DNA from: Octopus bimaculoides
Taxonomy: Eukaryota
Reading direction: 5' to 3'
Assembly: GCF_001194135.2 (NCBI RefSeq)
Contig: NC_068984.1
Span: forward strand, 24,988,999-25,052,998
DNA: 64,000 bases
The notes beneath the pieces were generated by a model. The model was not told where the DNA came from and did not search any database. It saw nothing but the letters and a program-made list of their open reading frames with translations. This document shows positions 38,121 through 52,353 of this stretch, in pieces; within the stretch, counting starts at the first letter, position 1, and each line of letters opens with the position of its first letter. A program made the position numbers and the translations under genes.

Positions 38121-39008
38121 NNNNNNNNNNNNNNNNNNNNNNNNNNNNNNNNNNNNNNNNNNNNNNNNNNNNNNNNNNNNNNNNNNNNNNNNNNNNNNNN
38201 NNNNNNNNNNNNNNNNNNNNNNNNNNNNNNNNNNNNNNNNNNNNNNNNNNNNNNNNNNNNNNNNNNNNNNNNNNNNNNNNNNNNNNNNNNNNNNNNNNNN
38301 NNNNNNNNNNNNNNNNNNNNNNNNNNNNNNNNNNNNNNNNNNNNNNNNNNNNNNNNNNNNNNNNNNNNNNNNNNNNNNNNNNNNNNNNNNNNNNNNNNNN
38401 NNNNNNNNNNNNNNNNNNNNNNNNNNNNNNNNNNNNNNNNNNNNNNNNNNNNNNNNNNNNNNNNNNNNNNNNNNNNNNNNNNNNNNNNNNNNNNNNNNNN
38501 NNNNNNNNNNNNNNNNNNNNNNNNNNNNNNNNNNNNNNNNNNNNNNNNNNNNNNNNNNNNNNNNNNNNNNNNNNNNNNNNNNNNNNNNNNNNNNNNNNNN
38601 NNNNNNNNNNNNNNNNNNNNNNNNNNNNNNNNNNNNNNNNNNNNNNNNNNNNNNNNNNNNNNNNNNNNNNNNNNNNNNNNNNNNNNNNNNNNNNNNNNNN
38701 NNNNNNNNNNNNNNNNNNNNNNNNNNNNNNNNNNNNNNNNNNNNNNNNNNNNNNNNNNNNNNNNNNNNNNNNNNNNNNNNNNNNNNNNNNNNNNNNNNNN
38801 NNNNNNNNNNNNNNNNNNNNNNNNNNNNNNNNNNNNNNNNNNNNNNNNNNNNNNNNNNNNNNNNNNNNNNNNNNNNNNNNNNNNNNNNNNNNNNNNNNNN
38901 NNNNNNNNNNNNNNNNNNNNNNNATATATATATATATATATATTTCCCTCTCTCTCTCTCTCTCTTCGGGAGAGAGGCACAAGCACATACACAGACATAT
39001 ACACACAC

Positions 39009-39072
<64 letters not shown>

Positions 39073-39096
39073 AAGAGAGAGAGAGAAAGAGAGAGG
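38085..39096. repeat. (TA)n / gap / (TA)n, (TC)n and (GA)n microsatellite cluster
   Basis: Simple repeats flanking the 38121-38923 gap. Similar TA/TG/CA runs border the gaps at 6522-6583, 15161-15378 and 42770-42818. Confidence 0.95.
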
Positions 39097-40188
39097 GAGA
39101 CATAAATGTATGCCTGCACAGATTCATGTCATGTAAGTATGCATGAATGCATGTTTATGAATGTGCATGTATCTTCACATTTACATCATTTGGGCAGCAG
39201 TGACATTTTTTTGTATCCAGCTTAACTCTTAAAGTCATGTAGTACTTTCTGCATATAAATCTCCCAATCCTGTTAGAAACTAGAGACTGATGAAATGTAA
39301 TTCAGTATAAATTTTTTTTAAATATAGCCATTGCACAAAATTGAATGAAATTTGCTGATACACTATGATGAGCATTTGTGCACATTGTATACCTGTTGAC
39401 ATGTCACTTTCATCTGCAAAAGTAGGTCGAATACATTAAGTTGATGACATGCATTTCCAAATATATTTATAAGGTATCAATTCCCTATGTCAGAGTGGAA
39501 TTTGTGCACCAGTTAGCCTCTGCCACTTAGAAGTTACATAACTCCCTTTAGCGAAAAAGTTCCAAAATATGCCTCCATCTTCAGCATTCAAAAACTTTGA
39601 GGGATCAACAAATGAATGTTATTTACTCTTGTTACAATATTTACACTCTTCTCGTAAATCCACAGAATTTGCAAAGATCCTTCATTTAAATTGTATCAGA
39701 AAATTAGTATTTATTCTTTAACTTTCATCATTATTCACAAATAAAAGCATCAACGCAATATCAAGTAAAGGATAACTCAACTCCTGCTCAGATTCAGTTA
39801 ATGCTGATATCAATTAGATAAGCTGGTGTTTATAGATGACATTGAAATATTACTAATTATTTTATCCAAGTCTAAGCTATCTTTTTGCAATTAAATCATT
39901 AATATCACTGATGTCTAACTCACTGCTTGAAATATTAACCACCATTATGTTCAAAAACGAAAAGAAAAAAATCCAGATAAACTCACTTGATAATATGCTA
40001 AAAAAAAAAAAGAAATATGTTGCAAACAAGAAGTCTTTTGACAGAGATGATTACGATGATTGTGGACCAATACCATCATTCTCTTAATGCATCCACTAAG
40101 AAATTAAATGCTTCTGTTTATGATGAATTTCTTTGCTTGCTTACATGTCCATTGGTATATAACAAGCTAAACAATTTATCTTTTATTT

Positions 40189-40232
<44 letters not shown>

Positions 40233-42818
40233 CACACACAAAATTTGTTGAAATAATTTGAAAATAAAACTTTAAGATATGTACTGCTATACTGAAATGT
40301 GTTCATAAGCCTAGAATCCTATCATGTGTGTAGAAGAGAGTGGGGTATGCATATGTGTATATATGTGTATGTGTGTGTGTTTCAAAGAATGGATTTACAC
40401 ATACACAATGAGATTCTATATAGTTTCTCTCTATCAAAGTTCACTGAATTATATTCATGCCTTTTCCAAAACTGTTTTTAGCTGAAAGTTCTTGTAGCCT
40501 ACTTTGCTGGCGACAAAAAAATTATTTAAATTAAATTTTAGTAGATGTAAGTGATATTGAGAAATTTTTGCAACACCCACACACAAGTGAGAAAGAGAAG
40601 AAAATGAGTTTTAAATATTTTTAAACTGTACTTCTCCCCCATGTATGATTGTATATATGTGTGTGTGATAACAATTTCAGGTAGGTTTCCATGTACATTA
40701 TGACAGATGTAGGTCTTATTTGCTACATACTAGAGGAGGATAAACAATTTTTGGGTTCGATGAAAAGCCATAGCAACACCAAAACATTAGAAAAAGATGT
40801 TTAGTTAACAAATTTAAGAACAGTGGACTGAAATAGGAAATCAGTTGCCCTACATATAAAAACATAATACAAATGGGAGAGTATAGAGGAAAATTCAATA
40901 CTTCAGAGTACAAATGAATACAATAGCTATCATTATTGTCACATAACTACTCATTTGAAGGATTTAACTAGTTCTTTAGTCTTAGTTAATCAGAAGTAGT
41001 TAACTAGACATAGTATCTTCAGTATACAAATAAAATTCAAGTGTACATAATGGTAACATAGGAGAATTAAATGGAGCAGAATATACCTCGAACATTTCAA
41101 AAGATATAACTTGTAAATCAAGAATTTTAGAATAAAATAACTGGGAACACTTCTAAGAATACTACGCAGTAGATTTATCAAATAGGCACAAGCTCTCATG
41201 CTTTGGAACCTTCATTATAAAAAAAAAATTAAATTAAAAAAAAGTTATTTCACTTATTGGCTAAATAAGGAGTGCATTACATGTTGCAACCTCCTTTCAT
41301 GAAGGAATACATATACACATGATTCTTTAATTCCTTTAATGGTTTCAGAATTTTTAGATTGCTGCCATGCTGGGACCTTGTTTTCAAAGGTTTTAATCAA
41401 TTATAATAACCTCAATATTTTTTTCAGTACTTATTATTTTTTTTTTTTCATTTATTTATTGAGTAGTTAAATCCACCTTGGTTAAAGATAATATAACTCA
41501 CGTAGAATAAATACAATCAATGCAATGATTTATTGACAATCCACCCCCATATATACACCAATAAATATATACAAATATGTGTGGGTTATATGTAAATGCA
41601 CCAGGCAATGGAAACCAAAACAAATAAAATAAACAGATACCGAACAAGAAAAACAAAACATCCAGAAAAACAGCACATGCAATCAACTAGATACAACAAA
41701 GATACATGTTGTTCATCAAAATCTCTTTTAGCCCCAGCAACATCCCTGATGCAGCAACTAAGCAAAAGCATAACAGGATCAGGTGGCCCCTAAACATGCC
41801 ACCCACCACTGCACTACCCAATGTGTCCTTGGCACTGTAGAGCTGCTGGTTGTTTCTTCTCCCATTATTGACACCCATGGCACAGGAGACCAGAGAATAA
41901 AGAGAGCTAAAAGACAATATATCTGACCTTGAAGGCCACAAGACACAGTTCTTCTATGTGAGACATTAACTAAATTTTTCTCATCATGTAGAATTGTACC
42001 CAATGCCCTCATATAGTATTCTCTGCCCTTTTGAGCTGCTCTGTGATTATCTTCATCAACCCATTGTAATGGGTAGGGGTTATATGCTGAATTAACTTAG
42101 CCATCCTAACAATGACTAACCACTAGGAATGACTTTTTTTCTTTGGGCCTATATGATAAGTCTTTATCAAAGTCCACCAGCTATTATTCAATTCTGAACA
42201 AGAAGAACCCAGCCATGAAAGATATCCTACAATCAGTGGTCAAGTTTCAATAAGCAGAAAGATAATATCCTGCAATGGTGCAGTGAGACATGCATAGGAA
42301 GACCATGTAGATTGGTCTGGTCATTGTATCGGGTCATCTCAGCTCACCGTTGTAACTGACACAAGTCTTGAATATATGTCAGGACTCAAACTTCTTGGCA
42401 GACATTTTGTTGTAATTATTTGGGTGCCACACACATCACACACACCTGCAACAATGAAATACCTTCACTTCTGTGCTTTCCTGGTTTGTGAGGGGACACA
42501 AGCTATATAGTATAGACAGGAATGATTGCAATTTTCTGAGTGTGTGCATGCATGTGTGCACACGTGTGTGTGCATGTGTGTGTGTGCACACATGCATGTG
42601 CACATATGAGAACTCTGGAGAATTCCTGTCTGCCATCTTCTACTTACAAAACATGTTTACCCAAGACTATTATTGAAAACACTTTCCCAAGATACTGTAT
42701 AGTACGACTGAACTCTGAACTACATGGCACATCTGGTTGCAAAGCAAACTTAACTGCAGAGTCATGTCTNNNNNNNNNNNNNNNNNNNNNNNNNNNNNNN
42801 NNNNNNNNNNNNNNNNNN

Positions 42819-42863
<45 letters not shown>

Positions 42864-43234
42864 CACAGACACATGTAGAGTGGTAAGGTATTATGCTTTC
42901 ACACATACATGGAATATAATTAAATATCAAATATATGGATTTCTTACTCAACTGTTCATGATTATTATTCATCAACATGGCTATCATCCGTATTGACTGT
43001 AAAGAGGACAAACAGGATTTATTATCTTTAATTTTTTTTTCCAAATGCATAAGTGAAACAAATAAAAAGAAAGTCAAACAAGTAAAGACCAAACCAGATA
43101 AATAGCCTTTCTCTTGCTCTTATGGTCACTGAATTAAAGAGTCAGGTTTCAGAACTGTGACATAAAGCAAGGAAATTCAACACTACAGTTGGCTGTCTGG
43201 CTAGACCTAGCACTAAACCAACATTAATCGTATC

Positions 43235-43445
43235 TTCATGTGTGTGTGTGTGTCCCACTACCGCTTGACAACTGGTGCTGGTATTTACATCACCATAACT
43301 CAGCAGCTTAGCAAAAGAGATTGATAAAGTAAGTGCAAAACTTAAATATAAAAAAAAAGTACTGGGGTCGAAACATTTGAATAAAAATTTGAGGTGGTGC
43401 TCCAGCATGGCCACAGTCTGATGACTGAAAAAAGCAAAAGGTAAA
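43235..43445 (+). mobile_element. 3' half of a SINE with the alternative (non-RTE) tail
   Basis: CCCACTACCGCTTGACAACTGG..GGTGGTGCTCCAGCATGGCCACAGTC..ATGACTGAAA matches 49650-49830. Confidence 0.7.
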
Positions 43446-43627
43446 AAGCAGTTTTTTTTTTTTGTTTGAGAGCGTTTTTGCAGCCTTCAGTGTTTCAACA
43501 AGGCTGAAAACAATACAAGTGCTCACACAAAAACACACTTCCATCAAGTCTGGGTTAATCTATTTATTTCTTTTTAAAGATTTTTAAGTAAACAAGCATG
43601 TATGAATGAGAAAGAAGAAGAGACAGC

Positions 43628-43630
<3 letters not shown>

Positions 43631-43659
<29 letters not shown>

Positions 43660-44067
43660 GTTTAACGTCCGCTTTCCATGCTTGCATGGGTTGGACGATT
43701 TGACTGAGGACTGGTGAACCAGATGGCTACACCAGACTCCAATCAGATTTGGCAGAGTTTCTACAGCTGGATGCCCTTCCTAACGCCAACCACTCTGAGA
43801 GTGTAGTGGGTGCTTTTATGTGCCACCGGCACAAAGGCCTGTATGGAGGTACTGGCAATGGCCACACTCGAAATGGTGTATTTTACGTGCCACCTGCACA
43901 GGAGCCAGTCCAGCGGTACTGGCAACGAACTCGCTCGAATGTCTTTTCACGTGCCACTGGCACAAGTGCCAGGAAGGCGACGTTGGCAACGATCACGCTC
44001 AAATGGTGCTATTTACGTGCCACCAGCACAGAAGCCAGACAGCTGGTGCTCTGGCAACAATCACGCT
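43631..44067 (-). mobile_element. RTE-LINE 3' end
   Basis: Reverse complement of the 19/32-kb copies, with several hairpin units. Confidence 0.9.
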
Positions 44068-44991
44068 ATATACAAAAGTGTATGTAGTGATATAATGAAA
44101 TGTCATGAAACCAGTAACAACTATAAGTTTGTCACTATCAAACAAAACTAAAAACCAGTGCTGTCTATAACCGCAGAAATAACTATATCATATTCAAAAC
44201 TTCAAACTGAACATAGGATTTTTGTCAGAAAATACAAAGAAAGTTAATTGATATAAACAATAATTGTTGCTGACGTGCTTTGAGACATGAGAGATAAACA
44301 TAAATACAAATGTAAACACCATGCAAAGATATAACAGGAGTTTAACTCTTTACTCACCCACGCACACACATACAGAGATGCACATACTCATAATCAAAAG
44401 AAGGAACCTCTAAATGGCCACTTGAACTGCTAGAAATAGCAGCAAAATCTTGCTTAAATTACATCTTAAAAGAAAGAAGACAACACTGAATAATGTAGTT
44501 TTGGTGACACAATTGGAAAACCGTTGATGATAGACCTGCTCAATCAGAGCTCATCTAGGGATATATGTATATATTCATATATAAATTCATGCACATATTA
44601 TATCTCATGTGCGTGTGTGTGAGTGCGTGCGTGCATAACTTTTGTTTCCAAAATGGAGAATTATTGTCCTGTGATAGTGAGTGCAGAGCTGATGTTAATA
44701 ATTGGGCACAGACAATAAGGAGCCAGCAATTTTGATGGCTGGGGCAATCTAGGTACACATGGAAGTAATGGAATTCCCCAGTACAATCTCAAAATCTTAT
44801 TGAATCTAATTCTACCTGTTAATGATGTACTCCAGCTTCATAACTGGACTAATTATCTTAAAAACCATATAATTTCCCCCCACCTTCTAATGTATTTCCT
44901 TTATCTTTATAACAGTTATTGATGTTGCTGCTCTATCAAGATATTAGTGGGGAAGAGAAGGGTAACACCTATCTAAAAAAGAAAAATTGTA

Positions 44992-45170
44992 TCATCATCA
45001 TCATCCTTTAACATCCGTTTTCCACCCTAGCATGGGTTGGAAGGTTTGACCAGAGCTGCACCAGGTTCTAGTCTGATTTGGTTTGGTTTCTATGGCTAAA
45101 TGTTCTTTCTAATGCCAATCACTTTACAGTGTGTGCTGGGTGCTTTTAACCTGGCACCAGAATGATGTGG
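44992..45170 (-). mobile_element. Diverged RTE tail (further copies at about 49069-49255 (-), 47480-47540 (+), 50870-51050 (+), 61245-61400 (-))
   Basis: (CAT)n plus TTAAC..TTTCCA..CATGGGTTGG module. Confidence 0.75.
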
Positions 45171-48100
45171 CACCTACACAATCAGGTGGCACAATACAGA
45201 TTTCATTAGCATCTCAGTACCTTTCCTTGCTTCTATATCCTTAATTGTTTTACTATCTTTGTTTTTTTTTTCTGGATTACACCCAACTAATAAAGCCAGG
45301 CCTCTATTGTCCCATTCGGGCCTATACTTCAGCTGTATTTTAATTATGCTTCCATGCATTTTTTTATTTTACTAAATTGCCAATGATCATAAGTGTGTTC
45401 TTGTCATTTCAAATATACATTTCATCAATCGTATCCTGATCATTCTGACACTATTTTGTAATTCAAAACATATCATACAGTGCACAGAACAAAATTTCTA
45501 CTCTACTGACTTCCCTCCTACACAGACAAACCTGACATCATGTGTTTCATCTAGCTATTAGACACTGTTCATTCTTTGCTATTTCTTTTCTTCTATGTAG
45601 TCTTATTAATCCATTGTCTAGGTTAACACCACTGCTAACATCTTGAGTGCCTTCAGCAGAATTCATTATGTTCAAGCATTCATGCCAAGCTTCTGATTTG
45701 AGGATACCTTCCTTCTTCTCAACATTCTTAAAAGCTCTGTAAAAGTTCACAGATACAAAAAAAAATTTCTTCTTCCAAATCCAACTACCATGTTATCCAC
45801 TGAATGTCTTTTAAGAATGTTCAGCTGCCCTATACACTAAGAGTTCCTTATCTGTTCAGCTCTTTAATGAAGATGGTTATCCAGAGGTACATATTTCTAA
45901 ATTGTTTCCAGCTCAACACAAAAATTAGATAAATTCAAATGGATAAACATAAGTGCAAGAATGGCTGTGTGATTAAGAAGCTCACTTTCCAATGGTTCAG
46001 TCCCACTGCATGGCATGTCAGGTACATGTCTTCTGTTATAAACTCAGGTCGATCAGTGCCTTGCAAGTAGATTTTAGTAAACAAAAACTGAAAGAAGCCT
46101 GTCATGTGTATGTGTGTAGGTTTTTTGTTGTCTTGATATTGTGTGATATTTGTAAATGACTGTCACTATTATACAAATAGTGCCATTCATTTCCAATCTT
46201 CAGCCAAAAAGCAATGTCTAGCCATAGAGTTGGCATTAGGATGGGCAACTGGCTGTAAGAAATCTGCCTCAATCAACTTTAAGTCAGAAGAGTGGGCATC
46301 AAAATGATGTTATACAATAGTGAGTACTTCTAATACATCAATGAAAAAAATGATGCACTTTAGAGCTGAACTTGGCAAATCAATGATTCATTTGCTAGAT
46401 ATACCACAAGTGTACATTCATACTTGTAGACATGTATTTGCAAATCTTTAATTTTAATGTACACATATGCACATACACCTAGCAATTATGCAATTGACTA
46501 GCTAAGTTCAACTTTAAACTGTATAAGTTTTCCATTGATAAACTAAAAGTACATGTTTATATATAATTTAAATAAACTGGAATGAAAGACACATTTAATC
46601 AGGAAATACATAATCTTTGGGCATTGACCTATTTCCTCTGATCATACAATTGGCTCCAACATTTATAGCCTTGTGCCTATGTTAGAAACAATTATTCACT
46701 GGTCTAAAGTGGTATACCAGTGTCTGTTATGACGGTGGTAGGATGGGGGTAGGACACAGCCACAGCTGTGCCCAATGCAAGACACAGTGTTAACCGAATG
46801 TAATATTTGAATTCAATAATAGTAAATCATCTTGACAGCATAAATGCTGACTTGTGGAATTGGAAATAATAGACATAATCAATGCTTTATAGTACTTTCA
46901 ATGTTCCGTTAGCATAAAACCTTAAATAAGATTTATTACTCAAAGCCAAATTAATTTCCAGGCTCTCTCCAATCTCTTCTCATTGAAGGAACATCAAAAC
47001 GACAACCCAATCCCCAACACACAAAGAACTTTTTCCTTTACTTAATTTGAGCGTAATTACGTAAACTGACACAATATTTTCAAAAAGGAAAAAAAAACAA
47101 TTTTGAAATTAACAATTAACAGACGACAGTAGCAGCTCAGAAGTGATGAAGCATCACACTAAATACCTCTAATTAGTTTCTTGAATTATGATTACTATTT
47201 TATTAAATAAAGTGAAATCTGTGCTTCTCTAAAATCTAATAAGCTTGTAATTACCAAAAATGTCAAAGCATTATGAATAAATGCTAGTTATTGGTTTCTC
47301 TTCAAAGCACAAGTTTCTCTAGTTAACAGTTTGATTCTCTCTACATTCATTGTTTTAAATTAATTCATATTCAATAAACTCCAGATGAATGAAAAGTGAA
47401 TTTGACTCTAGAAGGATTTGAACTTAGAACTTGGCATCAAGACCAACTTGAAGCACGATGCATCCCTGCAGCTCACCAGATTCTGTCAAACAATGCAGCC
47501 CATGCCAACATGGAAAATGGATGTTAAATGATTATGATGATGAAGGTAAAGTGATATGATTAGACAGCATAAAATATTTTGGTCTGTACTATTCAATTTA
47601 TCAGTCTAAAACCCTTAGTTTGTTAAATTATGTACATAGTTCACATCTTTTGTGCTAATGTCAGAAATTAATGTTTACTCTTAGATTGAAAATATTGTCT
47701 TCATTTTGGTGAAAAAAAAAAACAGGAAAAGTATTGTCAAAGACCTTTACAGGTATATGCACACACGCACAGACGCTTTCAGTAAAGAAACTAAGCTTTA
47801 TATTAGCTTCTCCAGAAGGGATGACAGGCAAAATAACAGTAATCACGAAGTTTTATAACCATTGTTTAAAGAACAGTCATTTACTTAACATATATAGGTA
47901 TATATTTAAAAAGAGGAGTTGTTTATGCAAAAGTTAGCCCTGATTGATCAGGCTTATGATTAAAATCATTCAAGCTGTGGTCATCCTATCATTTCTTTTT
48001 TTTAAGAGTCTAAATCTAAGACTAACTACATTATTCCGTTTTACCTGTGTATTTTATATACTACCATTTTCACAGCACATGATGTGAGGAAAATTCAGCT

Positions 48101-49489
48101 GTTGAGTGACCCACATACAGGTTTCTTTGTTGGCTCGTATAAAGAAAAAAAATAAGAGTTAAATACATGAAGCTGTGTTGCTATAATAACCCCTTATATC
48201 AGCTGAGATTATAGGGGGAAAAAAAAGAATGAAACATGATTGTACCCTATTTTAATAATGGGCTTTGAAAATATTCTATCCAGAACGTCAATATTTATGA
48301 AACTATTGGTAATTCATTGCAGTCGCATTTAACACTTATGGAATGTTATTGTTATTCTAAAATTTTTCAATATTCTTAATTCCTTTTGGTATTTCTTTCA
48401 CAGTTATAATGTAGGCTAATGATATTGTAAATACAGCTTGATAATGGCCAAACTCTACCCCACTATCTTCAATAATAGAGTTTAGCTGTTAGCCAAATAC
48501 AGACATATACATATTCTATGTATATGACTTCTACATAGAGTATAAGTCTATATTTCAGAAAATCCATGCAAGGATTTGAATCCACAACAAATAACCCAAA
48601 AGAAAACAAATGAAACAAACCAACAATAGAACCATTACGTGGCCAATACTCCAACTGCTAGAAATAGTAGCCAAATCTCTCTTAACTCACACTACTGTCT
48701 TGAAAAGGATGTACACATTGGATAAATACATCTAACAGTAAAAAAAAAAAAAAAAAAAAAAACAAATGGTCATAGCTAAAATACCTGAAGCTAAACAACA
48801 ATGAAAAAAGTACATTTTATTGTTTGCAATTACATGGAGTCAAACTTTACATTGTCTGTAACTGAGGCAGTGCAAATGCCAATATTTCAACCAGCAGGAA
48901 AGCATTTTAATGACTCAGCTATCTGCAATTCTTATACAAAATTCCACAATCTTAAATACTGTTTCTACATCTTAAAAATTAAAATTTCTGTTACATTTTA
49001 TTTGCTGAGATAATTACATTTTAACCTAAGCGGAATTAATTTCATTCAAATTCCCTCATACAGAGTATCGTCATCATTATCATCGTTTAATGTCTGTTTT
49101 CCATGCTGGCATAGATTGGATGGTTCAACAAGGGTTGGTCAATGTGCCAAGCTCTAATGTCTGCTTTGTTATATTTTCTATAACTGGAAGCCCTCCCTAA
49201 TGCCAAACACTTTACATAGCTTACTGGGTGCTTTTTACATGCCACTGGCACTAGTGTATGGTGTATACAATATGATATAATGGCATAAGCTTGGTGCATA
49301 AAAGGGAATTGAGAAAGTGACCAGATATCAAAAGCATTGACAGAAATTTGCAGGGAAGTTGAGACTGATGGTTATATATTGCAAGGAATAATGATGCATA
49401 TTTGGTGAGGAAAAAATAGATGAGAGATTAATAAAAATTAGACTAGACATGAGGGGACTTAGAATCAAAACTTATTTATTAAGCATGAG

Positions 49490-49830
49490 TATGGCTGTGT
49501 GGTTAAGCTCACTCTGCAACTAGCTGGTTTTGGGTTCAGTACCAGTGCACAGCACACTGGGCAAGTATCTTCTACTATAGTCTATCAGCCAACAAATACC
49601 TTGTGAGTGAATTTGGTAGACAGAAGCTTGTCATGTGTGTGTATGTGTGTTCCACCACCACTTGACAGCCAATGTTGGTTTGTTTAAGTCCCTGTAGCTA
49701 AGCAGTTTGGCAAAAGGGGCTGATAGAATAAGTACCAGACATTGAAAATATAAGCCCTAGAGTTCACTTGTTCAACCAATCCCCTCAAGATGGTACCCCA
49801 GCATGGCCATATTCCAATGACTCGAACACA
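49490..49830 (+). mobile_element. Full-length tRNA-head CORE-type SINE with alternative tail
   Basis: TATGGCTGTGTGGTTAAG A box, GGTTCAGTACC B box, GGGCAAGTATCTTC core, GT repeat, tail ending CCCCAGCATGGCCA..ATGACT. Confidence 0.75.
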
Positions 49831-51754
49831 TAAAAAATTAAAATGCTGTACAGTAGACATAGTCAATCCATGCCAAAATTTAAAAAATAAAATGAAAATT
49901 TGGGTAGTACCTGAGCCAAGATATGTTAATGAATGGAAAGCAATTATTTAGTTTATTATCATATTTTTAATCATATATCCATACAGAATATAAAAATCAA
50001 AAGGTTCAGAATTGAGCTACTAATATTATACAGCAACAGATTAGACCATCGTTTCCATAAAATGAAAAGTCATGGCAATTCCACCTTAACTATTCAGTAT
50101 GATAAAATAGATTAATCACAGTATGTCTTGATGTTTGTTTTGTGTGGTTCAGTATTCTAAAACAACTCGTAATCAATGTGATTAATAATTGCTATATAGA
50201 CCAATATGGAAAAAATGTATAAAAATCATGTAAATATGAAATTTAGACAGTCAATATGAATTAGAAACAGTCAATTTTCTTTGATGCTGTGTCAATCAAT
50301 AAACACCAGGATACAATGTTAAAAGGAGGATCGTTTATATCAAACCCACTAACCCTAACCCTAACCCAGCCTGTTATTGCAGAGACAGAGCAGTAAGATG
50401 CTTTGATCTTTATTAAGTCATTCATTGTTTCAAGCTCTGGAACTAAGCAACCAAACCAGCTGAAAGATAATTATATCAAAATCTTGTCCTTCAAAGCAGA
50501 GTCACAGACTCCTAATGGTTTTCTTAAACATAAACTGTGTCAGAAAATGTCTTCACAATACTCAAATCTCAACTTTCATCATAGAATACTAGTTTGGTTT
50601 CATTTACATTTCAACTGTTTTTTTTTACATAATATAACCTGTATTTATTTACCAAATCATCTGCAGGAATGTTTCAAGGGGGTTTTCTTTGTTTTTTTTT
50701 TGTTTTTTTTTTTTTTGTAATGGAACTTATGGAAGAGGGTGATCCTAGTCAACATGGGATGAAGTACAGAAAGCCAATCTCAAGACAATGAGCCTTATAA
50801 AGGAGATGACAAAGGATCAAGATATTTGCCACCTTGCTCTATTCAAGAAGACCTGTCCACCACAGCAGAATTGATACCTGTGTTAGTGCCACATCAAAAA
50901 CATCCAATAAACTCTGTAAAGTGGTTGGCGTTAGGAAGTGCATCCAGTCATAGAAACCATACTAGAACAGACAATGGGGCCTGGTGGGCCCCTAGCCTTA
51001 CCAGCTCCTGTCAAACTATTTGACCCATATCAACATGGAAAACAGACAATAATTAAGACTATGATTTTAGAATAATGATTCAAATTTAATATTTATTTGT
51101 ACTATCTTCGAATTAATCGATTGTATTTAACAAAATAATTAACTTTTGTTGATGTATATTTGTTGAAAATACTCTCTCCCTATCTTTTGATAAGACAACA
51201 CAATAAAGTTAAAAACTAGCCCACTTTTCTGAGATTACCACCAACTTTAAACTCACTAGGGAGGAACAGACTGATATTCCCATTGTTATATTCAGGTTGT
51301 TTCTCAAAGAACTACATTTACTGAACACCAATTCTATTCACAACATGTAGATTTTGTATTTTTCAGTACTGTTAAGTAGGTTTATACCAAAGCAGTTATA
51401 TAGCTTATATCACTCATTGGTCACAATTTAGTGATTTAGCTACTTATTCTTAGAAATAGCATTTGGTATATTTATATAGAAATATAAATATACCAAATGT
51501 TTCAGATCCCAAAGTAACTAGTCTGCTAGTGAAATTATTAAGGTATTCGCCAGCTAGCTCTAAGATCAATTTTCTCAAGAAAAAAAACTTTATCTTTCTT
51601 AGCCCATCAAACTGTTGCTTTCCAATCACATGGTAACAAGTTCAGTCCCACTGCATAGCACATTAGGCAAGCGTCTTCTATAACCATGGACCAACCAAAG
51701 CCTTGAAAGTGGATTCAATAGATGGAAACTCAAAGAAACCTGTTGTGTGTGTAT

Positions 51755-51835
<81 letters not shown>

Positions 51836-51908
51836 CGTGCGTGGGTGAGTAACTATTTTCTTATCTTGAAATCGCATGAGTTATAAATGGGCGTCACTGT
51901 TATAAAGT

Positions 51909-52044
51909 ATGCATGCACACATGTATATGACTCATACACCTCACTTTCCTGACATTTGTACATAATTCTATGTACTATACATGCACCTTTGATGAGTTGT
52001 AGTGCACTTGAGCACTATACACAATAATTTCAATATTATTATTA
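51909..52044 (+). mobile_element. LINE 3' tip with (ATT)n tail nested in a SINE
   Basis: Flanked by TTATAAAGT at 51900-51908 and 52045-52053; a related antisense fragment lies at about 13085-13124. Confidence 0.65.
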
Positions 52045-52304
52045 TTATAAAGTGGTGTCCATTTCCAATCTTCCACAAAAACATGTCTAGCCATGGGTAA
52101 ATATTACCTTACTTGGAAAACAAATAAGGGTTAGTGACAGAAAAAGAATCCAGCCATTGAAAAAAATCTTCCTCAATAAATTCCTCTCCAACCCTTGTGA
52201 GCATGGGAAATTGAACATTAAAACAATGAAACAATGATGATGAAAATTTTTACCAGGTTGGTGTACTGAATTTCATTGTGCATAGAGACTTGTGGAAAAA
52301 GAAA

Positions 52305-52353
<49 letters not shown>

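Noticed and set aside
30972-39146. Long ORFs of 200-360 aa in the track
   Set aside because: Composed of N gaps and dinucleotide repeats.
42540-42605. Alternating purine-pyrimidine quasi-palindrome (Z-DNA potential)
   Set aside because: Ordinary decayed TG/CA microsatellite, common in this window.
46980-47170. Possible alternative promoter (TTACGTAA bZIP-like site, a few CpGs)
   Set aside because: A single short motif in AT-rich DNA is not sufficient evidence.
50349-50366. (CTAACC)3 telomere-like motif
   Set aside because: Three units only; expected by chance or slippage.
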